From the NCBI GenBank assembly GCA_004764695.1, contig SMSO01000035.1:310001-374000 (forward strand): 64,000 nucleotides of DNA, read 5' to 3'. Below the pieces are notes generated by a model, which worked only from the letters and a program-made list of their open reading frames with translations, did no database searches and was not told the origin of the DNA. A program made the position numbers and the translations under genes. Origin of the DNA: Schizochytrium sp. TIO01. Its lineage: Eukaryota; Protista; Bigyra: Labyrinthulomycetes. Below, in pieces: positions 25,029 to 36,078 of this stretch (the first letter of the stretch is position 1; each line of letters begins with the position of its first letter).

Positions 25029-26135
25029 ATGAGCGCTGTAGTTCGAGTGGCGCGTAGAAGCCGCCAAGAGGCCTCAGGGTCGCTGGATGAACATGACTCT
25101 GGGAGTGCAGCAGACCCTGCGTCGCCACGCAAATCAGCCACAGACTCAAGCTTGCGCAGGAAATGGCGAGAAGTTGTGCAGCACCAGCGTAAGTTTGATG
25201 GCCGTGGACGCACGGACTCGGACCAGAGCCAGGACAGCCAAGAGGCAAATGCAGCACACAAAGACTGGGAAGATATAGAGGACCCAAGACGCACAAACAG
25301 CATGCGCAATCGCTCATTAAGACTTTCGGCAAGGCTGCGCAGATCAATGGCCATTCGGAGGCGACCCACATCAGCTCCTGAAGGCAAAGCCAAACGAAAA
25401 CTCATGGTCCGCTTCAATGAGCAAGTCGATGTTCTCAATTACGACGTTCCCTCTGACGACGAGGATGATGAAGAAGATGGCGAAACAGCCAACGCTGAGG
25501 AGGAATTTGATGAGGAGGCAGAGGCAGCGGCCGTGGCCGAACTTTTCAAAAAAATGGGCATTAATCAGAATGGTCGTTCAAGAAATGGGAGTTTCATGAA
25601 GGGCTGGCCCAAAATGCCTCGTAATCGTGGCAGTATATACCGTGAAGCAGAAGATAAAGAGCTTATAAAAGAGCACCAAAAAGCTCGTCGCAAGGCGAAG
25701 CGCCGGGCTGAGAAACGACTTCGTAGTCTTGAGTACCTTCGCGAGGTGGAGTTTTTCGATTCTATTCAGGACTGGTGTCGTCGAGAGCTGACTGATGCTA
25801 CCTATGCTGGCGCTCCTATTGAGGAGTTTCTCCCTCAGAAGCGCGCGGCATCTGCCCGCGAGCATCATATCAGCTCATATGAAGAGCTTGTACGCAAGTG
25901 CAGGCGGTTTGTTGATGAGCGCATGTACGAGCCGTCCAGCTTGGAGCAGGACAACTCGGCTTTTGCCATTCACACAGAGGAGATCATCGCGAGTCTAGTG
26001 CGCGACTGCCTCGAGGGCTTCCTCAAGTACCGTATCGAAAAGACAAAGCGGGAAATGGACGCACTTTGCCATGACTGCTTCTACATTGCGCGTGAGATTG
26101 TTCTTGAACGCAGAACAGTCTTACAATCCGAGTAA
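25029..26135 (+). CDS. Hypothetical protein (368 aa), disordered and charged N-half, RVxF-like PP1-docking motif, helical C-terminal region
   Basis: Long GC-rich ORF, first ATG at 25029. KRKLMVRFNEQVDV is followed by an acidic tract. Several RxxS/RRxS sites. Confidence 0.75.
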   Translation: MSAVVRVARRSRQEASGSLDEHDSGSAADPASPRKSATDSSLRRKWREVVQHQRKFDGRGRTDSDQSQDSQEANAAHKDWEDIEDPRRTNSMRNRSLRLSARLRRSMAIRRRPTSAPEGKAKRKLMVRFNEQVDVLNYDVPSDDEDDEEDGETANAEEEFDEEAEAAAVAELFKKMGINQNGRSRNGSFMKGWPKMPRNRGSIYREAEDKELIKEHQKARRKAKRRAEKRLRSLEYLREVEFFDSIQDWCRRELTDATYAGAPIEEFLPQKRAASAREHHISSYEELVRKCRRFVDERMYEPSSLEQDNSAFAIHTEEIIASLVRDCLEGFLKYRIEKTKREMDALCHDCFYIAREIVLERRTVLQSE

Positions 26136-27474
26136 ATGGTTTTGGTGAAAGCGAATATCACCACTTTTAAACCTACCATTCTCAACGAGTATCTGTTATA
26201 TCTGCTAGCTCTACTTCTCTCATTCGAAAGGGAAAAAAAATGAAAAAGTAGAAGCAACGAGTTGGTTACAGAAGCTGTCCGCTGATATAAACTATCTCTT
26301 GATGTCGGCAAAACTCACACGTACTTAATGTTATTTACAAAGCAGCTCCAAAGCATGAAAATTAATTGATGCAGGGAAAAAAACTCCGTTAGACTGCGAA
26401 ACAATTCAGCAAGCTCTCTTTTGTGTGACTGTGCCCGAAATCAACCGCATCCCCTTTGACAAAATAAATAAAACTCGTACTCGGTGTTCTCAGATGGCAG
26501 CACCATCTGTAGGTAATTCACAGAAAGAGAGCAAATTATTGCTGTCTCTTGATACAATAATCTTTTTGACCCCTACTACTACTACTACTAATGATACTAT
26601 CAACTAATTAACTGCAACAATAAATATTAATTGTTTCAATGTTTAGGTCTTCTCTCGACCGTTGACGAGTCTGCCTGCATAGTTGGAATAACAGAATGAT
26701 GTCGACTGTGATTGGTCTTATTTCGTGCTCTTGCATTATCTTCATGTTTCTCCCACAATAATTCACCAAGGGTGGGCGATTTCTCTAACGCAGCTTTTGA
26801 ATGATTCTGTTGAACAAAGCTTAATTCTTGCATCATTATAAAATGCGCTTTTTGAAGTAAACAAACCTCAAAATAACCAAATAGGACCATGAACACTTGG
26901 CTGGATTCAGGCCTTTCCATTGAACAAAACAAAACACGAAACGAAATACTGATTTGAATAAAGGTACTTATTCTATTTTAAAATTATTGCATGCTACACT
27001 AATAATCATCATGCACCAAGCTGCTCGACTAAAATAGAATGATGAATTTGTAGATAAAAAGTTTGTTTGTCAAAGTGAGCTCAGTACAATGGTTTATTTC
27101 GGCATGCCCTCGTCAGCTCACTACATCGTGCTTGGCCTAACCTACTAGGTCTAGCAGACCGTGTCGTCAAATCATAGCTCCTTCATGTTGTATTACGCAT
27201 TAATTACTCTTACCCACAACCCCTCCCAGTAACAAGATCCCGCATCATAAACACGTCTGAAGCAAATTAGCTGACATGATAGGATCGTATCTTCTTGATT
27301 AACAAATAATAATTAAAACATCATCATGGCCAACACAAAGCCAAGCAGTAATTCAAAGTGACTATAAAGGGACATAAAGGTCCATAAACTCTCGACACGC
27401 CCAAAACCAAGAGGATAAAATCCTGCGTAGCGAAGAATATGACCTCATTCAAACATTCAATCATCAACCGCATC

Positions 27475-28014
27475 TCAAGCAGCAGCTGCTTCATTTGCAA
27501 CGAGTATAGCATTAACAGAATCAATCCAAAGTGCATAGTCCCGAACAAGGTCTCGGATCTTGGTTCCCAGACGGCCCCTCTGTGCCACTGCAGCAGCCAG
27601 AGTAGCCTCTCGCGCAAGAACAGCATCAACAGGCTTAGAGGTCTGTTCTATAACGCCCTCAGTTGCCGCGAGCGCGCGGATCTGCTCACAGTGGCGGTGC
27701 ATATCGCGAAGACGCTCAGCGTGGAGCATAATCATCTCCGCGTCAGAGGCAAGTGCCGCAACACGTAGCCTCTGGGTGTGTTTAGCAAGATGAGCAGCTC
27801 CCAGCACGGGCCTTCCGCTTTCGAGGCTTCGCAGTCTCTCCTGGAGTGCTGCAACGCGCCGTGAGAGGTCATCCCCGCGGTTTTCACGGGGCTCCTGTGT
27901 TGCAAGGTCATCCAACCTAACGTCACTACCACGAGGGAGCTCAAGGCCGGCTCCAAGCCTCAGTGGCCCGGAGCCAGATATCGCACGCTCGAGCAGCTCT
28001 AGGCGCGCCTCCAT
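27475..28014 (-). CDS. Dynactin subunit 3 (p22/p24)-like coiled-coil protein, 179 aa
   Basis: Size and pattern resemble DCTN3 as I recall it: N-terminal 'EARLELLERAISG' (cf. QARVEELERWVYG) and C-terminal 'KIRDLVRDYALWIDSVNAILV' (cf. [21 protein letters not shown]). Confidence 0.55.
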   Translation of the reverse strand: MEARLELLERAISGSGPLRLGAGLELPRGSDVRLDDLATQEPRENRGDDLSRRVAALQERLRSLESGRPVLGAAHLAKHTQRLRVAALASDAEMIMLHAERLRDMHRHCEQIRALAATEGVIEQTSKPVDAVLAREATLAAAVAQRGRLGTKIRDLVRDYALWIDSVNAILVANEAAAA

Positions 28015-28781
28015 CGTGCCCCAAACACTTAAGACTTTGCAGAAGCGGACCTTAACCTACCTTGGCAAGTCATCGTGGAAATTCTTTCTGGGTAGTCCTT
28101 GCAGTATAATAGAGAATGGGCGCTCTACTATACGCTAAACGAAGGGACAAAGTGGACTATAAAGAGCACACAATAGGTTATTGAAGCCTACAGTAGGACA
28201 TTCGACCAGATCACTGAAAGGATCTGAACAGTCGGATACATTGTGAGAAGATTCTCAGACACCACGAGACGCGCCGAGACACTCACAGGAAACTCAGGGA
28301 CCAATTGGCAGACATTGGCAGACATCGGGCATTCGTACCGGCGAAAACTCGCCTCCAAGCATGGCTGCGAACGCAATGCAGTTTCGTCTACTTTGACATG
28401 AGTTTCGAGCTTTCCATTAATATGCTGTTCATCTACAGTAGGAAAAAGAAATGCCACAGTATTTAGATATATCACTACTCCTCTGAAAAATCTATAACTA
28501 TAGAGATACGAAAAGAAAGGGATTGACAATAGCATGGAAAACCCGTTCGCGGGATCGCCGGGGCCGCGCTAGAAGGCGTGGGCCTGGCGCGGTTCAGTCT
28601 CCATAGGAGATTCTCTATCGTCGATTCCTTGCAAAAAACAACTTTCACCCCTTGGAGACCCTCGGCAGCCGCGCCTGCGGCTCAGTTAGATCCGGATCAT
28701 CTACAGTTGGCCAAACATCGTGCGCCGCCCCGCGTCCTAACGTGGTGCTTTGAGCGTGGTTGAGACGCTTTCAAAAACGCC

Positions 28782-30086
28782 ATGGGCGACTCCGAGGATG
28801 CCGGGGGGCTTCGGCTCATTGCAGCTCACCTGGCAAAGGTGAAACTAGCGGCGGCAGAGCAGGAGTTCTCCATGAGAACACGAATCTCGGCCCTGGAACG
28901 CCAGCTGGCTGCAGCCGGCGCAAAGCTTGAAGAGGCGCAAAGCGACGCTGCTAGCTTCCAGCGACAGGTGAAGCAGCTCCAGGCCCAGAACACCTACAAA
29001 GCTCTCGTACAGGAGCGCGAGAAGTGGAAGTCCCTCATCGACACGCTACGCTCCGATAATCGTGGACTCAGAGCACGAGTTGCCACTCTTGAACAGCAGC
29101 ACCAAAACGAAAACGAAAATCAACACCAAGACCAAAACAAGAACCGAAATCATACCCAGCAGGTTCAGAATCCGGAGCAACCTCAAGTTGAGTCTCAGTA
29201 CCAGCAGCAGGGCACTGTGCTGCATGTTTCAACTCATCAAGCTCAAGATTGTGATGGCGTCGAAAAGAAAAGATCAGGAGATCCCAGAGATACAAAGGTG
29301 GAAGAGACTGTCCCCGGAAATGCCGAGAGTGTTAGCGAAATGTCTAAAAAGTACCCCAGCCAACCTGAGGGTGATAAAAAGCTTAACAAGGATGGAAATA
29401 CCGCCAGTGGTAGTTCTCTAAATGCCGATAGCCCCCGGCAGTTTGGGGGGGCAATTGCAGAAGAGCCTAATGAAGGTAGGGCCGTTGAGGCAATGCGCTA
29501 TGCGATACGTAGGACGCCATCACAGGGATCTGAAAAGCTACTGGTGCGAACATTGAGCAACACGTCAGCGTACTCACACTCGTCTGTGGCCTCAGCTCAA
29601 GGGGGGGCTGGGTGTGCATGGATGGGAGCCTCGCCGATTAATGCAAGAGACGCAGTAGCTATGCGGAACGCAGCAATAACAGGCTCGCCATCGGGTGGAA
29701 TTGGCCTTCTCGACGGTCGTATTCGCAAAGATTCCCTCTTTGACAGCACGTCTGAGGTATTGCAGCTCAAGTCTGAAATCAGCTTCCTAAAACACGAACT
29801 CGAAACGAAAAGCGTAGAGATCAACGCATTGCGCGCAAAACTTGACCGAGAACTCGAGCTCAAATGGGAACGAGACCACCGCGGGGGCGGAGGTTGGCAA
29901 AGGTCTCTTTTTGAGAGCTTCGCTGAAGTGCTGGCGCCGTATCCGCACGATGAGCAACCTGTCGAGGACCCTCAGCCTGAGCATTACGATGATGCGCACA
30001 GGTCCTTGTCATCTCCTTCAAAGCGAATACCAGGTCTCTCCCCCTCGTTGAACCACCCTAATGTAGTGGAGTCCGCGAGTTTCTAG
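28782..30086 (+). CDS. Hypothetical coiled-coil protein (434 aa) with N- and C-terminal coiled coils and a Q/N-rich disordered linker
   Basis: Long ORF with heptad-patterned segments at about aa 15-105 and aa 325-362. Confidence 0.8.
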   Translation: MGDSEDAGGLRLIAAHLAKVKLAAAEQEFSMRTRISALERQLAAAGAKLEEAQSDAASFQRQVKQLQAQNTYKALVQEREKWKSLIDTLRSDNRGLRARVATLEQQHQNENENQHQDQNKNRNHTQQVQNPEQPQVESQYQQQGTVLHVSTHQAQDCDGVEKKRSGDPRDTKVEETVPGNAESVSEMSKKYPSQPEGDKKLNKDGNTASGSSLNADSPRQFGGAIAEEPNEGRAVEAMRYAIRRTPSQGSEKLLVRTLSNTSAYSHSSVASAQGGAGCAWMGASPINARDAVAMRNAAITGSPSGGIGLLDGRIRKDSLFDSTSEVLQLKSEISFLKHELETKSVEINALRAKLDRELELKWERDHRGGGGWQRSLFESFAEVLAPYPHDEQPVEDPQPEHYDDAHRSLSSPSKRIPGLSPSLNHPNVVESASF

Positions 30087-31548
30087 ATTCTCTACTGTTT
30101 CGAATTTACATACCTATAATTATTCGCCTACTTGCTTGCGTGTTCGCCTTTCTCTCTGAGCTCACTCAACCATGATAGCTTAGGGCTAAATATGAAAATG
30201 AACTAGGCAACATATATTGACGATAGGCTAGTTCGTATTAAACCATGTTCCAACCTCACTACCCCCACACCAACTTTGGGGATGCTGTCAGTCAGCTTCG
30301 CTGGCGTTGATCCAGCAATCTCGTGGATACAACTACCTTACCTCTGTCCCTAATTTCCTTTCCATTTTTATTTTTTTTTTCAGGCATACGCAACCCGAGT
30401 GAGTGTCTGTGCCATGCGAATTAACCCAATCAATGCATCTGGGATGTACCCAACGATACCCATTTACTCTTATTTCCCTTGGGCAAAACTTCATTTTGAA
30501 AAACCTATTAAGATTTCATGTTTTTCTTTCTGTCACTATCACTCGTTATTTTCCTTAATAACTCTTTGAATTCAAACAAGATTTGACCATATTGATAAAT
30601 CGAAAATAAAAAGCCTCCCAGTTAACACATGTTCTACATTATGAGCTATTAGATTTTATTGCAATTAACGGGAGCTATTCCATATTTTATGGACTAGGTT
30701 GAAACGATCATGTTACTCCTACAATAATTGAGAGAAGAAACTGATACTGTGGACAAAGTAACATTGATTCTAATAGCTAGTTTTGAAGCATTTATAGGAG
30801 AAAGAGGAAGAAATTCTCATCAAAAACAAACGCGAATAACAGGTGGTTAGGCGAGACAATTTGCTAAGATAGTTTCCGAACTGGGGGGGGGAGGGGTAGA
30901 GCAATTATAGTCACTGATGAGTGCGTACTGACAAACAGAAGTAAAGATAAGAGTGCAACCTTGTTGCTCGCTGTCATCAAAATGATGCGAACATCTAAAT
31001 TTTAATTCTATTTTATGTTTCTGGGTGGCTTGGTTTTGTTCGGAAGAAATTGTACGATGGTACTTCCAGAGGAGAACGCAGGCAGGAAGGCAGGCAAGTT
31101 GGCAGAGTTAGCACATATGTTAAGTTTCTGCTCTTGTTTTTGTTAAGGCCAGAGTCCTAGCGAAATAAAATTCCCACTCTCTTCACTAGACTTCGTTGTT
31201 AGCAAACATGCATATTTTTGCGCATTTGCACTATGGTAATGAAAAAATGACCAAGGTGATCACGCAAAAGCAATAAGCTCCGAGAGGTTACCACAGAACT
31301 AGTGCAAGCCAAATGAGCCTAAACGTGAGCTTGTTGATGCATGAGAGAGGAGTGCAAAGACAATGAGATCAAAAAGAAGGGAATGAAAGAAACAGACGCG
31401 AAAAAGAGAGAGGAAGATATGCCAGTTCTGTCTAATGTCGAGCCATCAGTGTGTTCGTTCTTTCAAACATTGGGGATGTTTCGTGTGTTTGTAGACATGG
31501 GATGTGTTATCAAGAAGGTTTTGTGGGACTGTTATGGCAGATTGATAC

Positions 31549-32958
31549 TTAGGAAGATTTAACTGACTCCCAGTTGGTGATCATAATCTTAGAACACGCC
31601 ACAAGAGCTTGCTTTTGCACATCAGGGTTTTCGTGATTCAACAGGCTCATGATTGCCTGCTTTCCGCCTTCCTTCTCCACAATTGCCTTGCCGTTGGGGA
31701 AATACTGAACGAAAAAGCCGATGTCCGAGCAGGCAATGGCCACAGTCTCTGGATCCTCTGAAGCGAGCAAATCAATGAGCTGCTTGATGGAAGAAAAGTT
31801 ATTGTGCTCGAACTTGAGCGCATTCTCCTTCCAAAACAAGTCTTCATGCAGCATAGATTTGGTGAGTTTCTTCGAGCGAAGCTCCTGCGCGTGGCGCTCA
31901 AAGGTGCTCAGAACCTTAAAGTTGCGGCTCAGTGTGTCGCGAAGCCACTTGAGGTTATCCCGCATTTCTATGTCGGTAACATTTTTCTTATTGGCTAGCT
32001 GTGTAAGAATCTTTGGAAGCTTGGCTTCAATCACGGCCTCGCAAAGCGCCTGCTGCTGGGCAGGGTCAGCTGACAACACGATGCGAATCGCCGCGAGGAG
32101 CAAGCGTGTTGTTGGGAGGCGCGGCTCGCTGCGTAAAAGTCGCACCATGGTGCTGAGGCCTGCCTGGTCCACGCGAGATGCGGCTGATTCACTGAAGCAA
32201 GAAAGCCAGATGCAGAGTGCCAAGGAGTACTGCGAGTTGGCCACGAGTTTTGGGAAGGCACGATCGGCAAGATCCAGGAGCATCAAAACTCCAGCGCGAT
32301 TGTCAAAGGCCGACCGAAGCGAGTAGTTTCGAAGCAGCACTGAGAGAGTCTGGAGGCCAGCCTGAAGACCAAAGGTCTCCACGCGGAATTCAGCGGTGAT
32401 CTCGTCACACAGAGAGTTTAACACTGTCTTGCCAGCAGACGACTCGCCAGCTTTGGCACCGCCGACACTGAGAAGCATTGCAGAGACGTATCGGGATCGA
32501 AGTCGTACCATTTCGTCACTGTGCTCAAGGAGCTTAGCGTAGCTACTAGCCGCGATGACTGCAGGGTGTTGCGAAGGCGTACTTTCCGGAGTCGTTGTTA
32601 GAAGATCTGTAGGATGCGCAGCATGGCCGAAGATCATGTCTACGCGCTTGGAGAGGTCCGTGAGGAGGACTTCTTCAGTAAGTTGAACAACATAGTTCAA
32701 CGCTCCTGCATCGCTAACAGAGCTAACGACCTTGAGAAGAGCCTCACCGAGATCTGTGGCGTTGTTCCCGCTCTCCAAGAGCTCCGTGGTAGCCTGGGAG
32801 CTCTGCTCCTCCACGGCTCGAAGTGAGCTGATGTCATGGTCAGATAAATTTGCAGCAGATGCTAGGGAACTCCAGTTGGGTGACTGCGCGTGCGTAAGCG
32901 TGTTGGTGTCGAGCACGAACCTGCTTTCCTGAAACTTAGTACCTTCGAACGCCGCCAT
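31549..32958 (-). CDS. ATP6V1H: V-type proton ATPase subunit H, 469 aa
   Basis: N-terminal 'PNWSSL' and 'QYSLALCIWL.CF'. C-terminal V-ATPase_H_C motifs 'LSTFE...EL.S..L..S.LHEDLFWKENA.KFE', 'AIACSDIGFFVQYFPNGK', 'GGKQAIMSLLNHENPDVQKQAL.A.SKIM..NW'. Confidence 0.96.
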   Translation of the reverse strand: MAAFEGTKFQESRFVLDTNTLTHAQSPNWSSLASAANLSDHDISSLRAVEEQSSQATTELLESGNNATDLGEALLKVVSSVSDAGALNYVVQLTEEVLLTDLSKRVDMIFGHAAHPTDLLTTTPESTPSQHPAVIAASSYAKLLEHSDEMVRLRSRYVSAMLLSVGGAKAGESSAGKTVLNSLCDEITAEFRVETFGLQAGLQTLSVLLRNYSLRSAFDNRAGVLMLLDLADRAFPKLVANSQYSLALCIWLSCFSESAASRVDQAGLSTMVRLLRSEPRLPTTRLLLAAIRIVLSADPAQQQALCEAVIEAKLPKILTQLANKKNVTDIEMRDNLKWLRDTLSRNFKVLSTFERHAQELRSKKLTKSMLHEDLFWKENALKFEHNNFSSIKQLIDLLASEDPETVAIACSDIGFFVQYFPNGKAIVEKEGGKQAIMSLLNHENPDVQKQALVACSKIMITNWESVKSS

Positions 32959-32968
32959 TTTCCAAGCA

Positions 32969-33010
32969 GATATATATTATATATATATAGATGTGTATAT
33001 ATATAGATAT
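32969..33010. repeat. Imperfect (TA)n tract immediately upstream of the V-ATPase H start
   Basis: gatatatattatatatatatagatgtgtatatatatagatat read directly. Confidence 0.8.
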
Positions 33011-34633
33011 AGCCTTTGCTCAAGATACCCTCAAGATGGTATAAATCTGACTAATGGAGGAGCTTCACAGCTCAGTGATCTCGAAAGGCGCTGCAAATGA
33101 CGCGTAAAGGACCCTCTAGATCCAGAAAGCGAGAGAAAGAGAGAGAGAGAAGTGGCAGATTCGAGGAACAAACCTATAGTTATGTATCCTTTGGGGCAGA
33201 AGCCTCAGCGTCGCGGCGCGTCTACGGATGCAGAGACTGAAGGGTCACCTGCGAAGCGGCGGAAGCAGTCCGAAATCCTTAAAGATATCCTTGCACGCGG
33301 CTCGTTGACTCTCTGGTCGAAGCGCTCGCGGTATCTACGATGGATACAGCTGCGCTCGCGATGGAGGAATGGATGAGTCGGAAACTTTATCTATCTATTC
33401 AAGTCAAAAAAGAGGGAGTAAATAGATCATCAAGGGGCATATACTATACAACAAACACAGTTACTGTCAACTATTCTGATAAACTCCATAATGGTTGACA
33501 GCCATTTACAGTAGAATATTCCAATCGGATATCCAATATACAATGGTTATACAAAGAACACTATCCATTCTACAAACGCTTTGATAAGAGGGGAAAATTG
33601 ATAAGAGAAGAGAATAAAAACTTCTAGTGCTATTTATCTCGAGGCCTATAGCATTCTATAGTAATATTTAATACATTTATAGTTTTAATTCACAAAAACA
33701 ATAATGATAATTATAAATCTCAAAATTGCTAACACCTGCTATTCAGATTAGTAGTACTACCTGGTATGAACTTGGAGAAGACGGTATGTAGGTATGCAAT
33801 TGCTCATAAATTGTTCTGATGCAATTGCGAATCGGTTCAGAAAGGTTTACTCGAAGATACTGACAGCAGTGATGACAGAACTGCTCTCCGCCACGCTATG
33901 ACGAACGGAGAAGAGCCTATCCTGAAACCTGCATTAAAATGCGCAGCACAAGCTCTTTCAAAGCTTCAATGATAGAAATACATACTAATAGTAGGGTCTA
34001 CATAGGAGCTAATGAAGAATGAAGATCCTACTATTAACGCATACTACTTGATTAAATCAGGTATTTTGACCTCTTTGTTGGACTCTAGAGATAGCTTCTA
34101 TTTATCGTCAAAGAATTGTCATTGGTGGTGAGAGTATGGGTAAATGGTCAAAGCCACGTCTGCCTTTATTGAAATGGTGTCTTTAGCACTGCATGACGAT
34201 ATAGAGAGTTTCCTCCAAGTACGTAGCTGAAAGTGCATAGCAAAGATGGGTCGAGGTGATGTATCCATCCCGAACATGTGCCATTGAAGATGTGAGTATG
34301 TACTTTTGAAGCCATCCATAATAACCTCGTTCGATGGCAAATAAATTCAGATGTACGCTTGTCAATAGCCACAAAGGCGCAGTTCCTGCCCTCAGAATAA
34401 AGAAGTTTAACCAATATGCAAACTTTAAAGTTGTTCCTGATCCAAGCCATCGATGTTCTATCAGCCTGATTGTACAATACAAGAACTATGTATTTGAGGT
34501 GTGCACTATGCAAACTGGGCATGTTTTTTCTTTTTTTTCTTTTTTCAAAAGAAGTGATTCTGCAGAGCAGAGTTTTGCGATTGAGCTTGAAGCAAACCCT
34601 CAACTGGGCCATTAGACCATTGTTCAGGCTAAA

Positions 34634-35335
34634 ATGAGCGAGAGGGTTGATAACGTGCCACTGGCAACAGCGACCAACGACCGAGGCATCGTTAGGGGAG
34701 CTGCAACAACTTGGGGTACTACGGCAACGTTACTCGTGGGGGCCACTGATGAGCAGATTGCCCGTGCGGGCAAAGCTACTTCGGCAGACTTCATGTGCGT
34801 TGCGATCGGGCAACGCTACGGATACAACCAAGCATGGGTACCGCCGACTCGGATTCGCTATATTGGATTTTCAAGTGATGTGGTCCTGGATTTTTCGTTT
34901 GCGCAATTCGTGACCAATAAAGTTTATGTCACATTGGTTGGCCTCTTGGTGGGACTAGAAGTCATTGTGCCTCCAGGAGTCTCTGTTTATCTAGATGGGC
35001 ACGGGGTGCTCGTCGAGAACGATAATGATACACACGGAGGCATTCCGGGCATTGAGGAGATGGTAGAAATCCACCTTGGGGGGTTTGCCGTCGGTGGTGA
35101 GATCAAATGCCACCTCAATTCGAACTTCCCACCCGTTCGCGAGATCGAGAATCGACCCATCGCTGCTGTTCTTGAGAATTCACCAGTTGCAGAAAATGCA
35201 GACTCGAAGACGTTCTCTACAAAAGACTCTTCTAGAATCAACACAGACCACACAGAAAAGTATGGCGGAGGACACCATGGCGTTAGCGGTAGCGACGGGA
35301 GTAGTGATGACGGTGGTGACGGTGGTGGCGACTAA
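34634..35335 (+). CDS. LiaF-C / DUF1707-associated beta-domain protein, paralog 1 (233 aa)
   Basis: 'WVPPTRIRYIGFSSDVVLDFSFAQF...VYVTLVGLLVGLEVIVPPGVSVYLDGHGVL' matches the pattern W.VP......G...LD...A.F......I.....G...I.VP.GV.V...G.G..G that I recall from actinobacterial DUF1707 protein C-termini. Gly/Asp-rich tail. Confidence 0.65.
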   Translation: MSERVDNVPLATATNDRGIVRGAATTWGTTATLLVGATDEQIARAGKATSADFMCVAIGQRYGYNQAWVPPTRIRYIGFSSDVVLDFSFAQFVTNKVYVTLVGLLVGLEVIVPPGVSVYLDGHGVLVENDNDTHGGIPGIEEMVEIHLGGFAVGGEIKCHLNSNFPPVREIENRPIAAVLENSPVAENADSKTFSTKDSSRINTDHTEKYGGGHHGVSGSDGSSDDGGDGGGD

Positions 35336-36078
35336 AAGAACCATGAATAACACCAATTCTGTCGAAGCAACAACGCAAAAGCGTTTCTCTCCAGCTGGTT
35401 TCATAAAATGATTATTATTTTTAATACATGGGGCTGTGAGTTTTGGACTAGACTTAGTGTATCTGCTTTCCTGCATACTTTGCAATCTCAAACAGACTTG
35501 ATGACTTCTCCCAACCTTCCGATGTGATATTGTTGAAATCACTATCATAATTGACTGTGTCAGTTCAATCTATGCAAACTTCTCTAGGCCAAGTTTCACA
35601 TTGCAAAGGATTATTTTTTTCTTTATCATGATCTTAATTTCCTTCTCATAGGAAGCCTCACAGCTTTTGAGATCCTGATGAGCAGAAACATGATCTTTTT
35701 ATACCTAAGCCACAGCCTATACGAAGTATAATGACTCGTTCTATATAATGGCCAGCTACTAGAAGTAATGTTAGTATGTTTCCTGTCTTCTTGAAGCGAC
35801 GCGCGTGCATTTTTAAACTCTTTTCCATTGCTTTTCGGAAAATGCCTAGTACGTACTTACCTGCTTAGGTAGAGAGAGGGGTACCCATTTGTGAACCAGC
35901 CTGAGCAAAGATGTTTCTGGTCCTACTCTTTCTCATAGTAATAGCTAACAATGCGTCACTAAGTAAATTGGGTACCGCAATTAGAGATACCAGACTTGGG
36001 TTTGCAAAATGAGACATCACTACCTTAACAAGCTTTGTATGCACAGATCGATTAAGATAACTTCAGCCATCGACGATT

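Noticed and set aside
31721-32326. 201-aa + strand ORF and similar antisense ORFs over the 25-kb, 37-kb and 40-kb genes
   Set aside because: Antisense shadows of GC-rich, codon-biased real genes.
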